Assembly: GCA_964013565.1 (NCBI GenBank)
Contig: CAXGWU010000008.1
Location: 30,950 to 62,949, forward strand
Direction of reading: 5' to 3'
DNA length: 32,000 nucleotides
From: an uncultured Oligoflexia bacterium
GTDB lineage: Bacteria; Bdellovibrionota; UBA1018; UBA6935
Below, piece by piece: positions 1-8,809 of this stretch; within the stretch, counting starts at the first letter, position 1, and every line of letters starts with the position of its first letter. Made by a program: the position numbers and the translations under genes. The notes beneath the pieces were generated by a model, which saw only the letters and a list, made by a program, of their open reading frames with translations, ran no database searches and was not told the DNA's origin.

Positions 1-172
1 GTTGAGTTTCGTTGAGTTCAAATGGTTTTCTTTCTTTTTGATATTTTTGTCTTAATCCAATGTCTTGAAAGAAAAAGTAACATTTTTCCTTAAATGAAGG
101 TTTTCCAGCAAGTACTGGAGTTGAAAAAACAAGTAAAAACAACAGAGTTAGGATACGCATGACTTCATTCAT
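1..172 (-). CDS. Partial CDS (5' end only, cut by window edge); secreted protein of unknown function
   Basis: Reading frame from 172 (alternative ATG at 158-160) translates as MNEVMRILTLLFLLVFSTPVLAGKPSFKEKCYFFQDIGLRQKYQKERKPFELNETQ..., a typical signal peptide with AxA-like cleavage site; open to the window edge. Not in the supplied ORF track. Confidence 0.6.
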   Translation of the reverse strand, partial: MNEVMRILTLLFLLVFSTPVLAGKPSFKEKCYFFFQDIGLRQKYQKERKPFELNETQ

Positions 173-207
173 GTAATTTTTAATGCGCGATGTCAATTTA
201 AAATAAT

Positions 208-1521
208 TTAAGCGTGCTTCCCAAAAATTAAACAGGCATTGGTTCCACCAAAACCAAAACTATTAGAGAGAGCGTACTCGACTGTTTTTTGAATCGATTG
301 ATGTGGGGTAAAGGAAACTCCAAGTTTCTCACATTCAGGATCGAGGTGATCTAAATTGATTGTAGGAGGAATTTGGTTATCTCTTGTTGCTAACAATGCA
401 AAGACTCCTTCAAGTGCACCAGCAGCTCCAAGTAAGTGCCCAGTCATTGATTTTGTAGAGCTAATATGAAGGTGCTCTTTTGCTTCTGGAAAAAGTTTAC
501 AAATAGCTTTGGCTTCCTCTACATCTCCTGCAGGAGTGGATGTTCCGTGAGCGTTTACATAATGTAATTTTTGCTTAGAAATTCCAGATCGTTCTAAGGC
601 CATTTTCATGGCTCGGTAACCTCCTTCGCCTTCAGGAGCAGGCGAAGTCATGTGGTAGGCGTCTCCGGAGAGTCCATAGCCGACGATCTCACCATAAATT
701 TTAGCGCCTCGCTTTAGAGCGTGTTCTCGTTCTTCAAGAACCATCATGGCAGATCCTTCACCCATGACAAACCCATCTCGATCAACATCAAAAGGACGAG
801 AGGCTTTTTGAGGTTCTTCAACTCGTGTTGAAAGGGCTTTCATTGATGCAAAACCACCAAGACCGAGAGGAGAAATGACTGATTCGGCACCTCCTGCTAA
901 CATGAGGTCGGCCATACCAAGTTGGATGTGATGAAAGGACTCTCCAATGCTATGGGCACTTGAAGAGCATGCAGTCACATTGCAGACATTGGGGCCTTTT
1001 AAATTCAGTAAAATTGAAAGTTGCCCGCTAGCGAGATTTGGAATGACTTGTGGTATGAAAAAAGGAGTGATCCGTTTATACCCCTTGGTCCGATAGGTTT
1101 CGTGAACCGCTTCAATTTCAGGAAGTCCACCCATTCCAACGCCGACATTGACACCGAAACGTGTTGAATCTAAAGAGTCTCTCAAAGAATCTAATCCAGA
1201 GTCCTCATAGGCTTCTATTCCTGCTGCTAGTGAGAGTTGAATGAAGCGTCCCATTTTTTTGAGTTCTTTTTTATCTGAAACTTGGGTGATGACTTTAGCG
1301 TCCGGGCTTTGAGATCCATAGGGACGAAGCGGGGGGCGGGGGGTGGTTAAATCCAACCCCTTTACCTCTCCTGCGAAAGGAACAGGACAGTCCTGAGAAT
1401 CAAAAAGTGAAATTGAATCAATTCCAGATTTTCCTAAAAGTGCGTTTTTCCAGGTGTCTTGGGCATTCAATCCTAAGGGAGAGACTGCACCAATTCCTGT
1501 CACAACAACTCTTCGGTTCAT
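208..1521 (-). CDS. fabF: 3-oxoacyl-[acyl-carrier-protein] synthase II (KAS II)
   Basis: RRVVVTGIGAVSPLG start, active-site region NVTACSSSAHSIG, His motifs VNAHGTSTPAGD and SMTGHLLGAAG, NSFGFGGTNA near the end. Internal ATG at 1521 preferred (AGGA upstream); ORF track starts at 1536. Confidence 0.96.
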   Translation of the reverse strand: MNRRVVVTGIGAVSPLGLNAQDTWKNALLGKSGIDSISLFDSQDCPVPFAGEVKGLDLTTPRPPLRPYGSQSPDAKVITQVSDKKELKKMGRFIQLSLAAGIEAYEDSGLDSLRDSLDSTRFGVNVGVGMGGLPEIEAVHETYRTKGYKRITPFFIPQVIPNLASGQLSILLNLKGPNVCNVTACSSSAHSIGESFHHIQLGMADLMLAGGAESVISPLGLGGFASMKALSTRVEEPQKASRPFDVDRDGFVMGEGSAMMVLEEREHALKRGAKIYGEIVGYGLSGDAYHMTSPAPEGEGGYRAMKMALERSGISKQKLHYVNAHGTSTPAGDVEEAKAICKLFPEAKEHLHISSTKSMTGHLLGAAGALEGVFALLATRDNQIPPTINLDHLDPECEKLGVSFTPHQSIQKTVEYALSNSFGFGGTNACLIFGKHA

Positions 1522-1551
1522 GAGGTGTCCTGTCATTAGAAATGTAAAAAC

Positions 1552-1797
1552 TTAGTTAAGTTTCGCAGCAATGTACTGAGTGACGTCGCCTACTGTTTTT
1601 ATTTTTTCTGCATCTTCATCAGGGATATCTAAGTCAAACTCTTCTTCCATCGTCATGACGAGTTCAACAATATCTAAGCTGTCTGCACCTAGGTCTTCGA
1701 TAAACGAAGCTGCTGCAACTACTTTTTCTGATTCTACCGCGAGTTGGTCACAAATAATGTTTTTCACTCGTTCTTCAACTGCACTACCTTCTGCCAT
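1552..1797 (-). CDS. acpP: Acyl carrier protein
   Basis: 81 aa acidic protein with phosphopantetheine site [13 protein letters not shown]; sits between fabG and fabF. Confidence 0.97.
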   Translation of the reverse strand: MAEGSAVEERVKNIICDQLAVESEKVVAAASFIEDLGADSLDIVELVMTMEEEFDLDIPDEDAEKIKTVGDVTQYIAAKLN

Positions 1798-1844
1798 CTT
1801 TTACTCCTTTAAGATCTTCTATTTTCTATGAAGTCTAAATTCAT

Positions 1845-2588
1845 TTACATATACATTCCACCATTAACACCAATGGTCTGCCCCGTAATATAGCGGCTTT
1901 CATCAGACGCAAGAAAAGAGACCAAAGATGCAATGTCTTGAGGTTCTCCCAGTGTTCCTAGAGGAATGCTGCGTAGAATCGCCTCTTTTTGGTCTTCAGT
2001 CAAGGCTCCTGTCATATCTGTTTGAATATATCCTGGGGTCACCGTGTTGACTCGTAATCCTCGTGAGGCAAATTCTTTGGCAACTGATTTAGTGAACCCA
2101 ATTAGTCCGGCTTTTGCGGCTGCGTATGCAGACTGTCCAGGATTACCCATTTCACCTACGACTGATGAAATTTGGATAATACTTCCTTTGCGTGTTTTCA
2201 TCATCGATTTAGCAACAGCTTTGGTGCAATAAATTGCTCCTTTGAGGTCGATGTCTAAAGTGGCATCTAAATCTTCAGGTTTCATGCGAATGAGTAAACT
2301 GTCTCGCGTGATTCCAGCGTTATTCACAAGGACATCTAATGGCCCCATCTCTTTTTGTAGTTTTCCTAAAACTTCTTCTACCGCTTGAAAATCCGAAACA
2401 TCGAGTTGAATTGCTTGAGCCTGTCCACCCGATTTTGAAATGTCATCAACGACTTCAATTGCTTTTTCTTTATTTGATGTGTAGTTCACAAATACAAAAA
2501 AACCATCTTTTGCGAGTCTTTTAGATATTTCAGCTCCAATTCCACGGGATCCCCCAGTGACGAGTGCTTTTCTTATTTGTTCAGCCAT
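1845..2588 (-). CDS. fabG: 3-oxoacyl-[acyl-carrier-protein] reductase
   Basis: SDR signature: TGGSRGIG, NNAG, catalytic S-YAAAK (GQSAYAAAKAG), C-terminal GQTIGVNGGMYM. Confidence 0.96.
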   Translation of the reverse strand: MAEQIRKALVTGGSRGIGAEISKRLAKDGFFVFVNYTSNKEKAIEVVDDISKSGGQAQAIQLDVSDFQAVEEVLGKLQKEMGPLDVLVNNAGITRDSLLIRMKPEDLDATLDIDLKGAIYCTKAVAKSMMKTRKGSIIQISSVVGEMGNPGQSAYAAAKAGLIGFTKSVAKEFASRGLRVNTVTPGYIQTDMTGALTEDQKEAILRSIPLGTLGEPQDIASLVSFLASDESRYITGQTIGVNGGMYM

Positions 2589-3559
2589 TCTTCAATTCCC
2601 TTTAAATCTTCAGGTTTACCCATGGATCGAACTTCGAATTCCTTCCCAGCAGATTTCGAAATTCTTTTGATGAGACCTGAGATTACTTTTCCATGTCCAA
2701 ATTCAATTCCTCGATCAATTCCTTCATTCATCATTGCATGAACTGATGGCTCCCAAAGAACGGGATGATCAATTTGCTCTCCAAGGAGTTTAAGAATGGA
2801 TCCTTTTTCTTGAGTTAAGCGACCTGTTCGGTTTGCAAAATAGGGGTGACTAGGAGTATTGACTTCAATTCCTTTTTCATTAAAAAGTGCTTCCATTCGA
2901 ATACGTGCAGGCTTCATTAAAGAGCAATGAAAGGGAGCGCTAACTTCTAGTTTTTTTGCTTTTCCTGTAATTTCACCAGACTTTAGAAGTTCAAGAGCGA
3001 CATCAATTGCGTCCGTTGATCCAGCAATAACAATCTGTCCTGGAGCGTTAAAGTTTGCAGGTTCAACGATTGGTTCGACTGAGTAGTGTTCTTTACGGTC
3101 TGATTTTGCTTTTTCTGTTGCTCTTTTACACAGTTCTTCTACCGATTCTGGAGACATTCCTAGTGTTGCAGCCATAGATCCTTCTCCTGAGGGAACGGCT
3201 TCTTGCATAGCTTGACCGCGCGCTTTCACCCACCGAGTTGCTTGGGCTAGGGGAAGTGCGCCAATGGCGACTAAAGCACTATATTCACCTAAAGAATGGC
3301 CCGCAGCATGTGTCGGGGTAAAATCGAGTTCTTTTTGGGCGACTCGAAAGGCCGCAATTGAATTCACTAAAAGACAAGGTTGTGTGTTTTCTGTTTGCAT
3401 CAAAACATCTGCAGGTCCTTCAAGACAGAGTTTTTTTAGATTGACCGAAATGGCGTCAGAAGCCTCTTCAAAGATTTCTTGTGCAATTTTAAACTCGGTA
3501 AGAAGTTCTTTTCCCATCCCCACTTGTTGGGACCCTTGTCCCGGAAAAAACGCAATCAT
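2573..3559 (-). CDS. fabD: Malonyl-CoA-ACP transacylase
   Basis: FFPGQGSQ, active-site GHSLGEYSAL, FHCSLM motif; in fab cluster. Confidence 0.95.
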   Translation of the reverse strand: MIAFFPGQGSQQVGMGKELLTEFKIAQEIFEEASDAISVNLKKLCLEGPADVLMQTENTQPCLLVNSIAAFRVAQKELDFTPTHAAGHSLGEYSALVAIGALPLAQATRWVKARGQAMQEAVPSGEGSMAATLGMSPESVEELCKRATEKAKSDRKEHYSVEPIVEPANFNAPGQIVIAGSTDAIDVALELLKSGEITGKAKKLEVSAPFHCSLMKPARIRMEALFNEKGIEVNTPSHPYFANRTGRLTQEKGSILKLLGEQIDHPVLWEPSVHAMMNEGIDRGIEFGHGKVISGLIKRISKSAGKEFEVRSMGKPEDLKGIEEWLNK

Positions 3560-3562
3560 GAT

Positions 3563-4570
3563 TCACCACCGTAAAAGAGCAGATCCATAAGTGAGTCCAG
3601 CTCCAAAAACGTCAAAGAGTACGAGGTCTCCTCGTTTTATTTTTCCTGTTTTTACTGCTTCAGCAAAAGCTGTAGGAACCGTTGCAGCAGAGGTATTGCC
3701 AAATCGATCGACATTGACGATGACCTTGTCCATTGGAACATTTAATTTTTTAGCAACATTTTCAATGATTCGTAAATTCGCTTGATGAGGGACAATCCAA
3801 TCAACGTCTTCGACAGAGAATTCGTTCGATTCAATCGCTTTTTTTGCGTAGGTCGCAAGGGTATTACAAGCTACTTTGAAAATCTCGCGTCCTTTCATTT
3901 TCATTTTGTGTTCTTGTCTTTCGTATACTTCCGGAGTGACTTCTTGGTTGGATCCTCCTGCAGGAATATAGAAGAGGTCCCAAAGGTTTCCGTCCGAGCC
4001 GACGTGTGTAGAGAAGAGACGGGAGGATTGATCTGAATGAGTCCTTTGAACCACAGCCGCTCCAGCACCATCACCAAAAAGAATTGAAGAAGTTCGGTCT
4101 CCCCAATTGAGATATGGACTGAGAACCTCTCCACCAATCACTAAAATGGTTTTGTGTGCTCCTGTTTTAATCATTTGGTCTGCGAGGTGAAGTCCATAGA
4201 CGAAGCCAGAACAGGCGGCATTGAGATCAAGTGCACCTGCTTGTAAAGCACCTAGCTTTTTCTGTAACCAGCAAGCAGTACTAGGAACTAAAGTATCTGG
4301 AGAACAGGTGGCGTAGAGAATTAAGTCAATGTCTTGAGGCTGAATATTCGCCATTTCCATCGCTTCAAGAGAAGCACGTAACCCAAGACTAGAATTTCTC
4401 TCATCCTCTTTTAGAGAAGAAATTCTTCGCTCACAGATACCGGTACGTTCACGAATCCATTGATCGTTTGTCTCAGCTCCGTGTTGAGCAATTTTTTTTG
4501 CGAGTTCTTCGTTGGTAACAATACCTTTGGGATGGGCAGATCCTATCCCTGAAATCCAAGAATGATGCAC
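3563..4570 (-). CDS. fabH: 3-oxoacyl-[acyl-carrier-protein] synthase III
   Basis: Active-site Cys in LNAACSGFVYGL, VPHQANLRII, FGNTSAATVP triad motifs. Confidence 0.95.
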   Translation of the reverse strand: MHHSWISGIGSAHPKGIVTNEELAKKIAQHGAETNDQWIRERTGICERRISSLKEDERNSSLGLRASLEAMEMANIQPQDIDLILYATCSPDTLVPSTACWLQKKLGALQAGALDLNAACSGFVYGLHLADQMIKTGAHKTILVIGGEVLSPYLNWGDRTSSILFGDGAGAAVVQRTHSDQSSRLFSTHVGSDGNLWDLFYIPAGGSNQEVTPEVYERQEHKMKMKGREIFKVACNTLATYAKKAIESNEFSVEDVDWIVPHQANLRIIENVAKKLNVPMDKVIVNVDRFGNTSAATVPTAFAEAVKTGKIKRGDLVLFDVFGAGLTYGSALLRW

Positions 4571-4580
4571 GTGATTTGAA

Positions 4581-4769
4581 TTAACTTAACGAAGTCGATA
4601 CAACTGGTTTTCCGTCGTAGTGTCCGCAATGAGAACAAACTCGGTGTGGACGAGTGAGGCTTTGACAGTTTTTGCATTGATGAGCTTCAACTGCAGATAA
4701 GCCACTTGCACTGTTGTGACGTCTTCGATCTCTTCGACCACGTGATGTTTTTTTCTTCGGTTGAGACAT
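4581..4769 (-). CDS. rpmF: 50S ribosomal protein L32 (four-Cys zinc-binding form)
   Basis: 62 aa, MSQPKKKTSRGRRDRRR-H start and CKNC...CSHCG zinc ribbon; next to DUF177 gene and fabH. Confidence 0.93.
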   Translation of the reverse strand: MSQPKKKTSRGRRDRRRHNSASGLSAVEAHQCKNCQSLTRPHRVCSHCGHYDGKPVVSTSLS

Positions 4770-4788
4770 AGGTCTTCTCCTTAGGCAT

Positions 4789-5466
4789 TTAGGACTTCTT
4801 TTTGTCCCTGACTTTAAAGTTTTTTAGCGAAGCAAAAGGTTGATGTTTTTCAAAACCTTCATCTTCTTTTGTTTTCTCCCCGAGGGCAGATTGCGGGTAG
4901 TTTGGGCACTTGCCTTCTCTGCAATCATCACTTTTCAGGGGTTGAAAGGGAACTTCTAGCTGAATTTGTTCATAAAGTACAGCACTTAAGTCAATAAAAT
5001 CTTCCTGGATAAAAATCATCTCAATATCAGCGTCTGGAGAGCCTAAGCTATCTTTATTTAAGTCGTTTCTACGAATCTGATGCGCTTGAACAGCTTTCCC
5101 AGAGGTCCCTCTGGCTCCCCCTAATTTTGCTTCTTCAGGGGAAAGCCCAGCCATCATTGGGTCTTTAGTGAAGAGACTCATGAATCGGCGTCCTACTGGC
5201 TTTGGAAAAGGATCGCCACACAGGCTACATAAAAGGTGAAGGCGTGTTTCAATTTCCCCTTTTAATTCAAATATTTCTCCTAGTTTTCTGATGTGAAACT
5301 GAATGGACGCAGATCGATTTCCTTTCATCAGATCAATCCTGCGCTTATCGACTATTGAATTACTGGTTTCGTCGTTTTGATTGAGAACCTGAGCGACCCA
5401 AGGTGTTTTTTCATTAAAATCAAGGATTTGTTCTTCTTCTTTGATTTGTTTCAAGTAGATTTTCAT
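4789..5466 (-). CDS. YceD/DUF177 family protein (23S rRNA accumulation protein family)
   Basis: CSLCGDPF...KSDDCREGKCPNY four-Cys pattern and acidic VQLEVPFQPLK core; directly upstream of rpmF as usual for DUF177. Confidence 0.85.
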   Translation of the reverse strand: MKIYLKQIKEEEQILDFNEKTPWVAQVLNQNDETSNSIVDKRRIDLMKGNRSASIQFHIRKLGEIFELKGEIETRLHLLCSLCGDPFPKPVGRRFMSLFTKDPMMAGLSPEEAKLGGARGTSGKAVQAHQIRRNDLNKDSLGSPDADIEMIFIQEDFIDLSAVLYEQIQLEVPFQPLKSDDCREGKCPNYPQSALGEKTKEDEGFEKHQPFASLKNFKVRDKKKS

Positions 5467-5504
5467 GAAAAACGAGTCCTTTGGTCAATTGAGAAATTGG
5501 CCTG

Positions 5505-5534
5505 ACTGTACCTGAAGGTTGAATGGAGAGTCAA
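5505..5534 (-). promoter_or_regulatory. Candidate sigma70-type promoter for the DUF177-rpmF-fab cluster
   Basis: Minus strand: TTGACT (5534-5529), 18-nt spacer, TACAGT (5510-5505), about 40 nt upstream of the start at 5466. Confidence 0.4.
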
Positions 5535-5589
5535 TACTGGACTGACTGCTGAATTCTTCTTGGATTTTCGTTGACTTAGGTACAGTGCA

Positions 5590-6321
5590 GTGGCAATCCA
5601 TAATTCTATGGCAAAAAAGAAAAAAGCAGCGAAGAAAAAGACAGCAAAGAAAAAAGTAACTAAGAAAACAACAAAGAAGGTTGCTAAAAAAACTGCAAAA
5701 AAAGCAGCAGCAGCTTCTAAAAAGAAGAAAGTTGCTAAAAAAACTGCAAAAAAAGCAGCTTCTAAACTCAGTAAGTTGAAGTCATTGGTGAAGGCTGCTA
5801 CCTCTACCACTCCTAAAAAAGCCAAAAAAACACCTGAAAAATCAACTAAGGCGAAAAAAACAGCCCCTCAGGTGGACGATTCAAAAGAGGTGAAGAAGAA
5901 GAAGCTGGTTACTTCTGATAAAGCGGCAAAAAAAGCACCTTCGAAAAAAATGCCTGTGATTGATTACGATAGCGATGATCATTACGATGATGTCTGTCGC
6001 GAAATTGGTTGCGAAGCAGATAGTATTTCTGCAGGATATTGCCGGCCTCATTACATTAAGAATTGGAAAAAAATTAAGCGTAAAGAAATTATCTTAAAAG
6101 AAGGAAAATTAAATCGATATATCGAGGAGCTGGTTGCAAAATACCCAGATAAATATATCGATGCGATTCGAAATGATATTTCTTCAGAGAAAGCTTTCTC
6201 TCAGGTGGTTACTGAACTGGAGTTAGGTGAATCGATTGATGATATGGATATGGAGGGAGATGATATTGACTCCCTCATTAGCAATATCCGTCAGGATATG
6301 GATGAGGAGAGCGAATTCTAA
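5590..6321 (+). CDS. Histone H1-like/AlgP-like Lys-Ala-rich protein with C-terminal Cys3His domain
   Basis: N-terminal half MAIHNSMAKKKKAAKKKTAKKKVTKKTTKKVAKKTAKKA...; C-terminal half is non-repetitive with CREIGCEADSISAGYCRPHYIKNWKKI. The real start may be the second Met (MAKKKK). Confidence 0.8.
   Translation: MAIHNSMAKKKKAAKKKTAKKKVTKKTTKKVAKKTAKKAAAASKKKKVAKKTAKKAASKLSKLKSLVKAATSTTPKKAKKTPEKSTKAKKTAPQVDDSKEVKKKKLVTSDKAAKKAPSKKMPVIDYDSDDHYDDVCREIGCEADSISAGYCRPHYIKNWKKIKRKEIILKEGKLNRYIEELVAKYPDKYIDAIRNDISSEKAFSQVVTELELGESIDDMDMEGDDIDSLISNIRQDMDEESEF
5680..5759 (+). repeat. Direct repeat of a 29-nt unit (gttgctaaaaaaactgcaaaaaaagcagc) at 5680-5708 and 5731-5759
   Basis: Both copies are identical in the given sequence and lie in frame inside the H1-like tail region. 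Confidence 0.85.
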
Positions 6322-6349
6322 ATTTTTTTGAAAATAAATTTAGGACTCC

Positions 6350-6931
6350 TTATTTTAACCGAATCGAGGCTTTTCTTTTCAACCATATTTTTTTTGTTTT
6401 TAGGGTGCGGGCAGAAATTTCACATCCAATTTTGGTTTTGTATCTACGAAATACAAGATTACTTCCCTTGAATGTATAGTCGGTGTCAGATTCGGAAATG
6501 ATGAGATCGACTTCTACTGCCCTTTCAAAATACGTGAGATTCATCCACTTTGATTCTTTTTTTGTACACTCTCCCTCGTAGACTTCATGAACGACAATAG
6601 AGTATCCACGTCTCCAAAGAAGTTGGATGGAGGATTCAGGTTCACAAGTTTGAGATTCGTATTCCCATTTACCTAATAAAAAGGAATTTTCTTTTGATGC
6701 TCGATCTCGGATCCAAATTTCGTGATTACCCAAAAGAACAATTTCAAATTCTTCACTTTCAAATGCCGTTGTTTCGGTATTATGAATCACGGAACCTATA
6801 GGCAGAACGTAAGAAAAAGAATTGGATTCACAAGGAGTCTGATTATATTCAAGCTCAAGTTTCCAATCCATGAGTTGAGCAAAGCTCGGTGTTGTGGAGA
6901 GGAAAAAAAGAAATGAAAACAAAGTGTTCAT
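6350..6931 (-). CDS. Putative secreted protein, unknown function
   Basis: Signal peptide-like N-terminus MNTLFSFLFFLSTTPSFAQL; beta-rich sequence; no recognisable family. Confidence 0.65.
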   Translation of the reverse strand: MNTLFSFLFFLSTTPSFAQLMDWKLELEYNQTPCESNSFSYVLPIGSVIHNTETTAFESEEFEIVLLGNHEIWIRDRASKENSFLLGKWEYESQTCEPESSIQLLWRRGYSIVVHEVYEGECTKKESKWMNLTYFERAVEVDLIISESDTDYTFKGSNLVFRRYKTKIGCEISARTLKTKKIWLKRKASIRLK

Positions 6932-7007
6932 CTTTAATATCCTTTTTTATCGGTTATCTAGGGAGTAGCATAAGATGAATCAGTGTGTCAATCAGAAGGG
7001 AGGGGGC

Positions 7008-7622
7008 TTAGTGAACGTTCCCATCTCCTGAGTCGAATTTTCCTTTCTCAAGTTCAGCCTCAATTGCTTCCATTTGCTCTTCTTCGAGCTTTTGTAACTC
7101 CTCTTGATATTGAGGGTCGTTTTGAGAAAGCCACTCTTCTGTTTTTTTCTCTATCTCAGGATGAGTCCGGTCGACTCGAACAAAAATTTTCTTTTTGTTC
7201 ATTTCTGTCTCAGTCCATTCAAATGGAATGTCCTCAAAAGAAGAAAGAGAAGCATCTAAAATAGCTTTTCGGTGTTTGATTTCAAAAAGAACTTGAAGGA
7301 GAGCGCCTGAAGCATCAAGGCAAATAGACAGAAGGTCTTCTGCTGTAGGACGACTGGCATGCGGATCATAATCAATGCTTGTGTGAATGGTGGTTGCATT
7401 CATTTTGTCCTTAAATAAAAGCGAAACCGATAAAACGATTTCATCTAGAAAAATATTTCCGTGAACTGAGAAATAAGGTCCTTCCAAAAGCGAATTGAGA
7501 GTTGTGAGTTCTTGGTCAAAATTTTTTTCTAGTACCGATTGAACCATTCGAGTGTAGTCTGCAGGAACAGGTTGTTTTTTTTGTACCGAGTGGTCTTTTC
7601 TTTTTCTTTTCTCAATGATCAT
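7008..7622 (-). CDS. Hypothetical protein; overlaps the start of the htrA-like chain by 4 nt
   Basis: 204 aa ORF, no signal peptide; ATGA overlap with the upstream HtrA-like ORF supports a shared transcript. Confidence 0.65.
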   Translation of the reverse strand: MIIEKRKRKDHSVQKKQPVPADYTRMVQSVLEKNFDQELTTLNSLLEGPYFSVHGNIFLDEIVLSVSLLFKDKMNATTIHTSIDYDPHASRPTAEDLLSICLDASGALLQVLFEIKHRKAILDASLSSFEDIPFEWTETEMNKKKIFVRVDRTHPEIEKKTEEWLSQNDPQYQEELQKLEEEQMEAIEAELEKGKFDSGDGNVH

Positions 7623-8677
7623 AAAATTCCTTCTTGAGTTCCTTCGAGACGATGAGGCAATTCTTCAAGTTTTACTTTTGTTTTCTTTTTCTTTTTTCCA
7701 CGAAGATAAGTCATTTGTACTTCACTGCCTGGTCGAAATTTTCCTAAAATTCGATCAATATCGTGGAGTTCACTTACTTTTTTTCCGTTAATAGAAAGAA
7801 TGACATCTCCAAGATTAACTCCCGCTTTACCTGCAGGACCAGATTTTCTCATTTCGTAAATAATGACTCCTGATTTTGTCCCTAATCCGTAATACTGAGC
7901 AAGTTGAGGCGTCAAACGTTGGCCTAAAATTCCTAACCAAGGACGAGGAACTCTTCCATATTTTTTTAAATCAGGAATGACCTTCATGACATCTGCCATT
8001 GGAATCGCAAATCCAAGTCCTCCACTTTGTCCTGTTTTTGAGTAAATGACCGTGTTCACCCCAACAACTTCTCCGTTTTCATTGATGAGAGGGCCCCCCG
8101 AATTTCCAGGGTTAATTGAAGCATCTGTTTGCAAAAAGTTATCAAAAGGACCAATGCCAATCGTTCGATGTTTTGCGGAGATAATTCCTTTTGTTACGGT
8201 GTGTTGAAGTCCAAAAGGATTTCCAACTGCAACAACTGTCTCTCCAATTCGAATCTTTTCAGAATTTCCAGTGGGGAGTGAGACCCACTGAGCGTTCTTT
8301 TTTGGCTTCATTTTTAAAAGGGCGAGGTCGAGTTTTGCATCGCTTCCAATGATTCGGGCCGGAAATTCAGATTTATCATTCAAGATGACAACAACTTCGG
8401 TCGCCTGATTGACCACATGATGATTCGTGATCACGTATCCATTTTTAGAATCGATCACAAAACCAGAACCCAGCGTGCTTTGTTTTCTCTGTTGCGGAAT
8501 TCCCCAGCGTCTAAAAAATAAATCCATCGCATACACAGTACGCTCAACAATTGTGGTTGAACTAATATTAACAACTCCTGGAAGTGCTTTTTCAAGCATA
8601 TCTGGAAGAGAAGGAGCAGCTAGAGTCGTTAAACTCCAAAATAAGACGAACAAAGCAGGGAATCGAAATTGGATCAT
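7619..8677 (-). CDS. HtrA/DegP/DegQ-type periplasmic serine protease with one PDZ domain
   Basis: Signal peptide; triad context NHHVV (His), DLALLKM (Asp), TDASINPGNSGGPL (Ser); one C-terminal PDZ (AGKAGVNLGDVILSINGKKV). Confidence 0.95.
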   Translation of the reverse strand: MIQFRFPALFVLFWSLTTLAAPSLPDMLEKALPGVVNISSTTIVERTVYAMDLFFRRWGIPQQRKQSTLGSGFVIDSKNGYVITNHHVVNQATEVVVILNDKSEFPARIIGSDAKLDLALLKMKPKKNAQWVSLPTGNSEKIRIGETVVAVGNPFGLQHTVTKGIISAKHRTIGIGPFDNFLQTDASINPGNSGGPLINENGEVVGVNTVIYSKTGQSGGLGFAIPMADVMKVIPDLKKYGRVPRPWLGILGQRLTPQLAQYYGLGTKSGVIIYEMRKSGPAGKAGVNLGDVILSINGKKVSELHDIDRILGKFRPGSEVQMTYLRGKKKKKTKVKLEELPHRLEGTQEGIL

Positions 8678-8735
8678 GGGACCTTTTACGTCATTTGAAA
8701 GAAAAAGATCAAGAAAATCTTATGAATATGGAGAA

Positions 8736-8764
8736 TTGACCCTGTTCATACTTTTGTGTAGAAA
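8736..8764 (+). promoter_or_regulatory. Candidate sigma70-type promoter for thiolase/CoA-transferase genes
   Basis: TTGACC (8736-8741), 17-nt spacer, TAGAAA (8759-8764), upstream of the ATG at 8810. Confidence 0.45.
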
Positions 8765-8809
8765 AATCAAATGATTGGGAAAACCTCGATTCCTCAGAAA
8801 GGATAATTC

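Noticed and set aside
1580-1831. Plus-strand ORF opposite acpP, Ser-rich
   Set aside because: Antisense to a confidently identified acpP with no independent coding signal.
5463-5825. 120 aa minus-strand ORF rich in Phe/Ala/Val, resembling a membrane protein
   Set aside because: It is the antisense image of the Lys/Ala-rich repeat tail of the H1-like gene; composition explains the open frame.
6983-7264. 93 aa plus-strand ORF
   Set aside because: Antisense to the 7008-7622 gene, no motif or ribosome-binding site.
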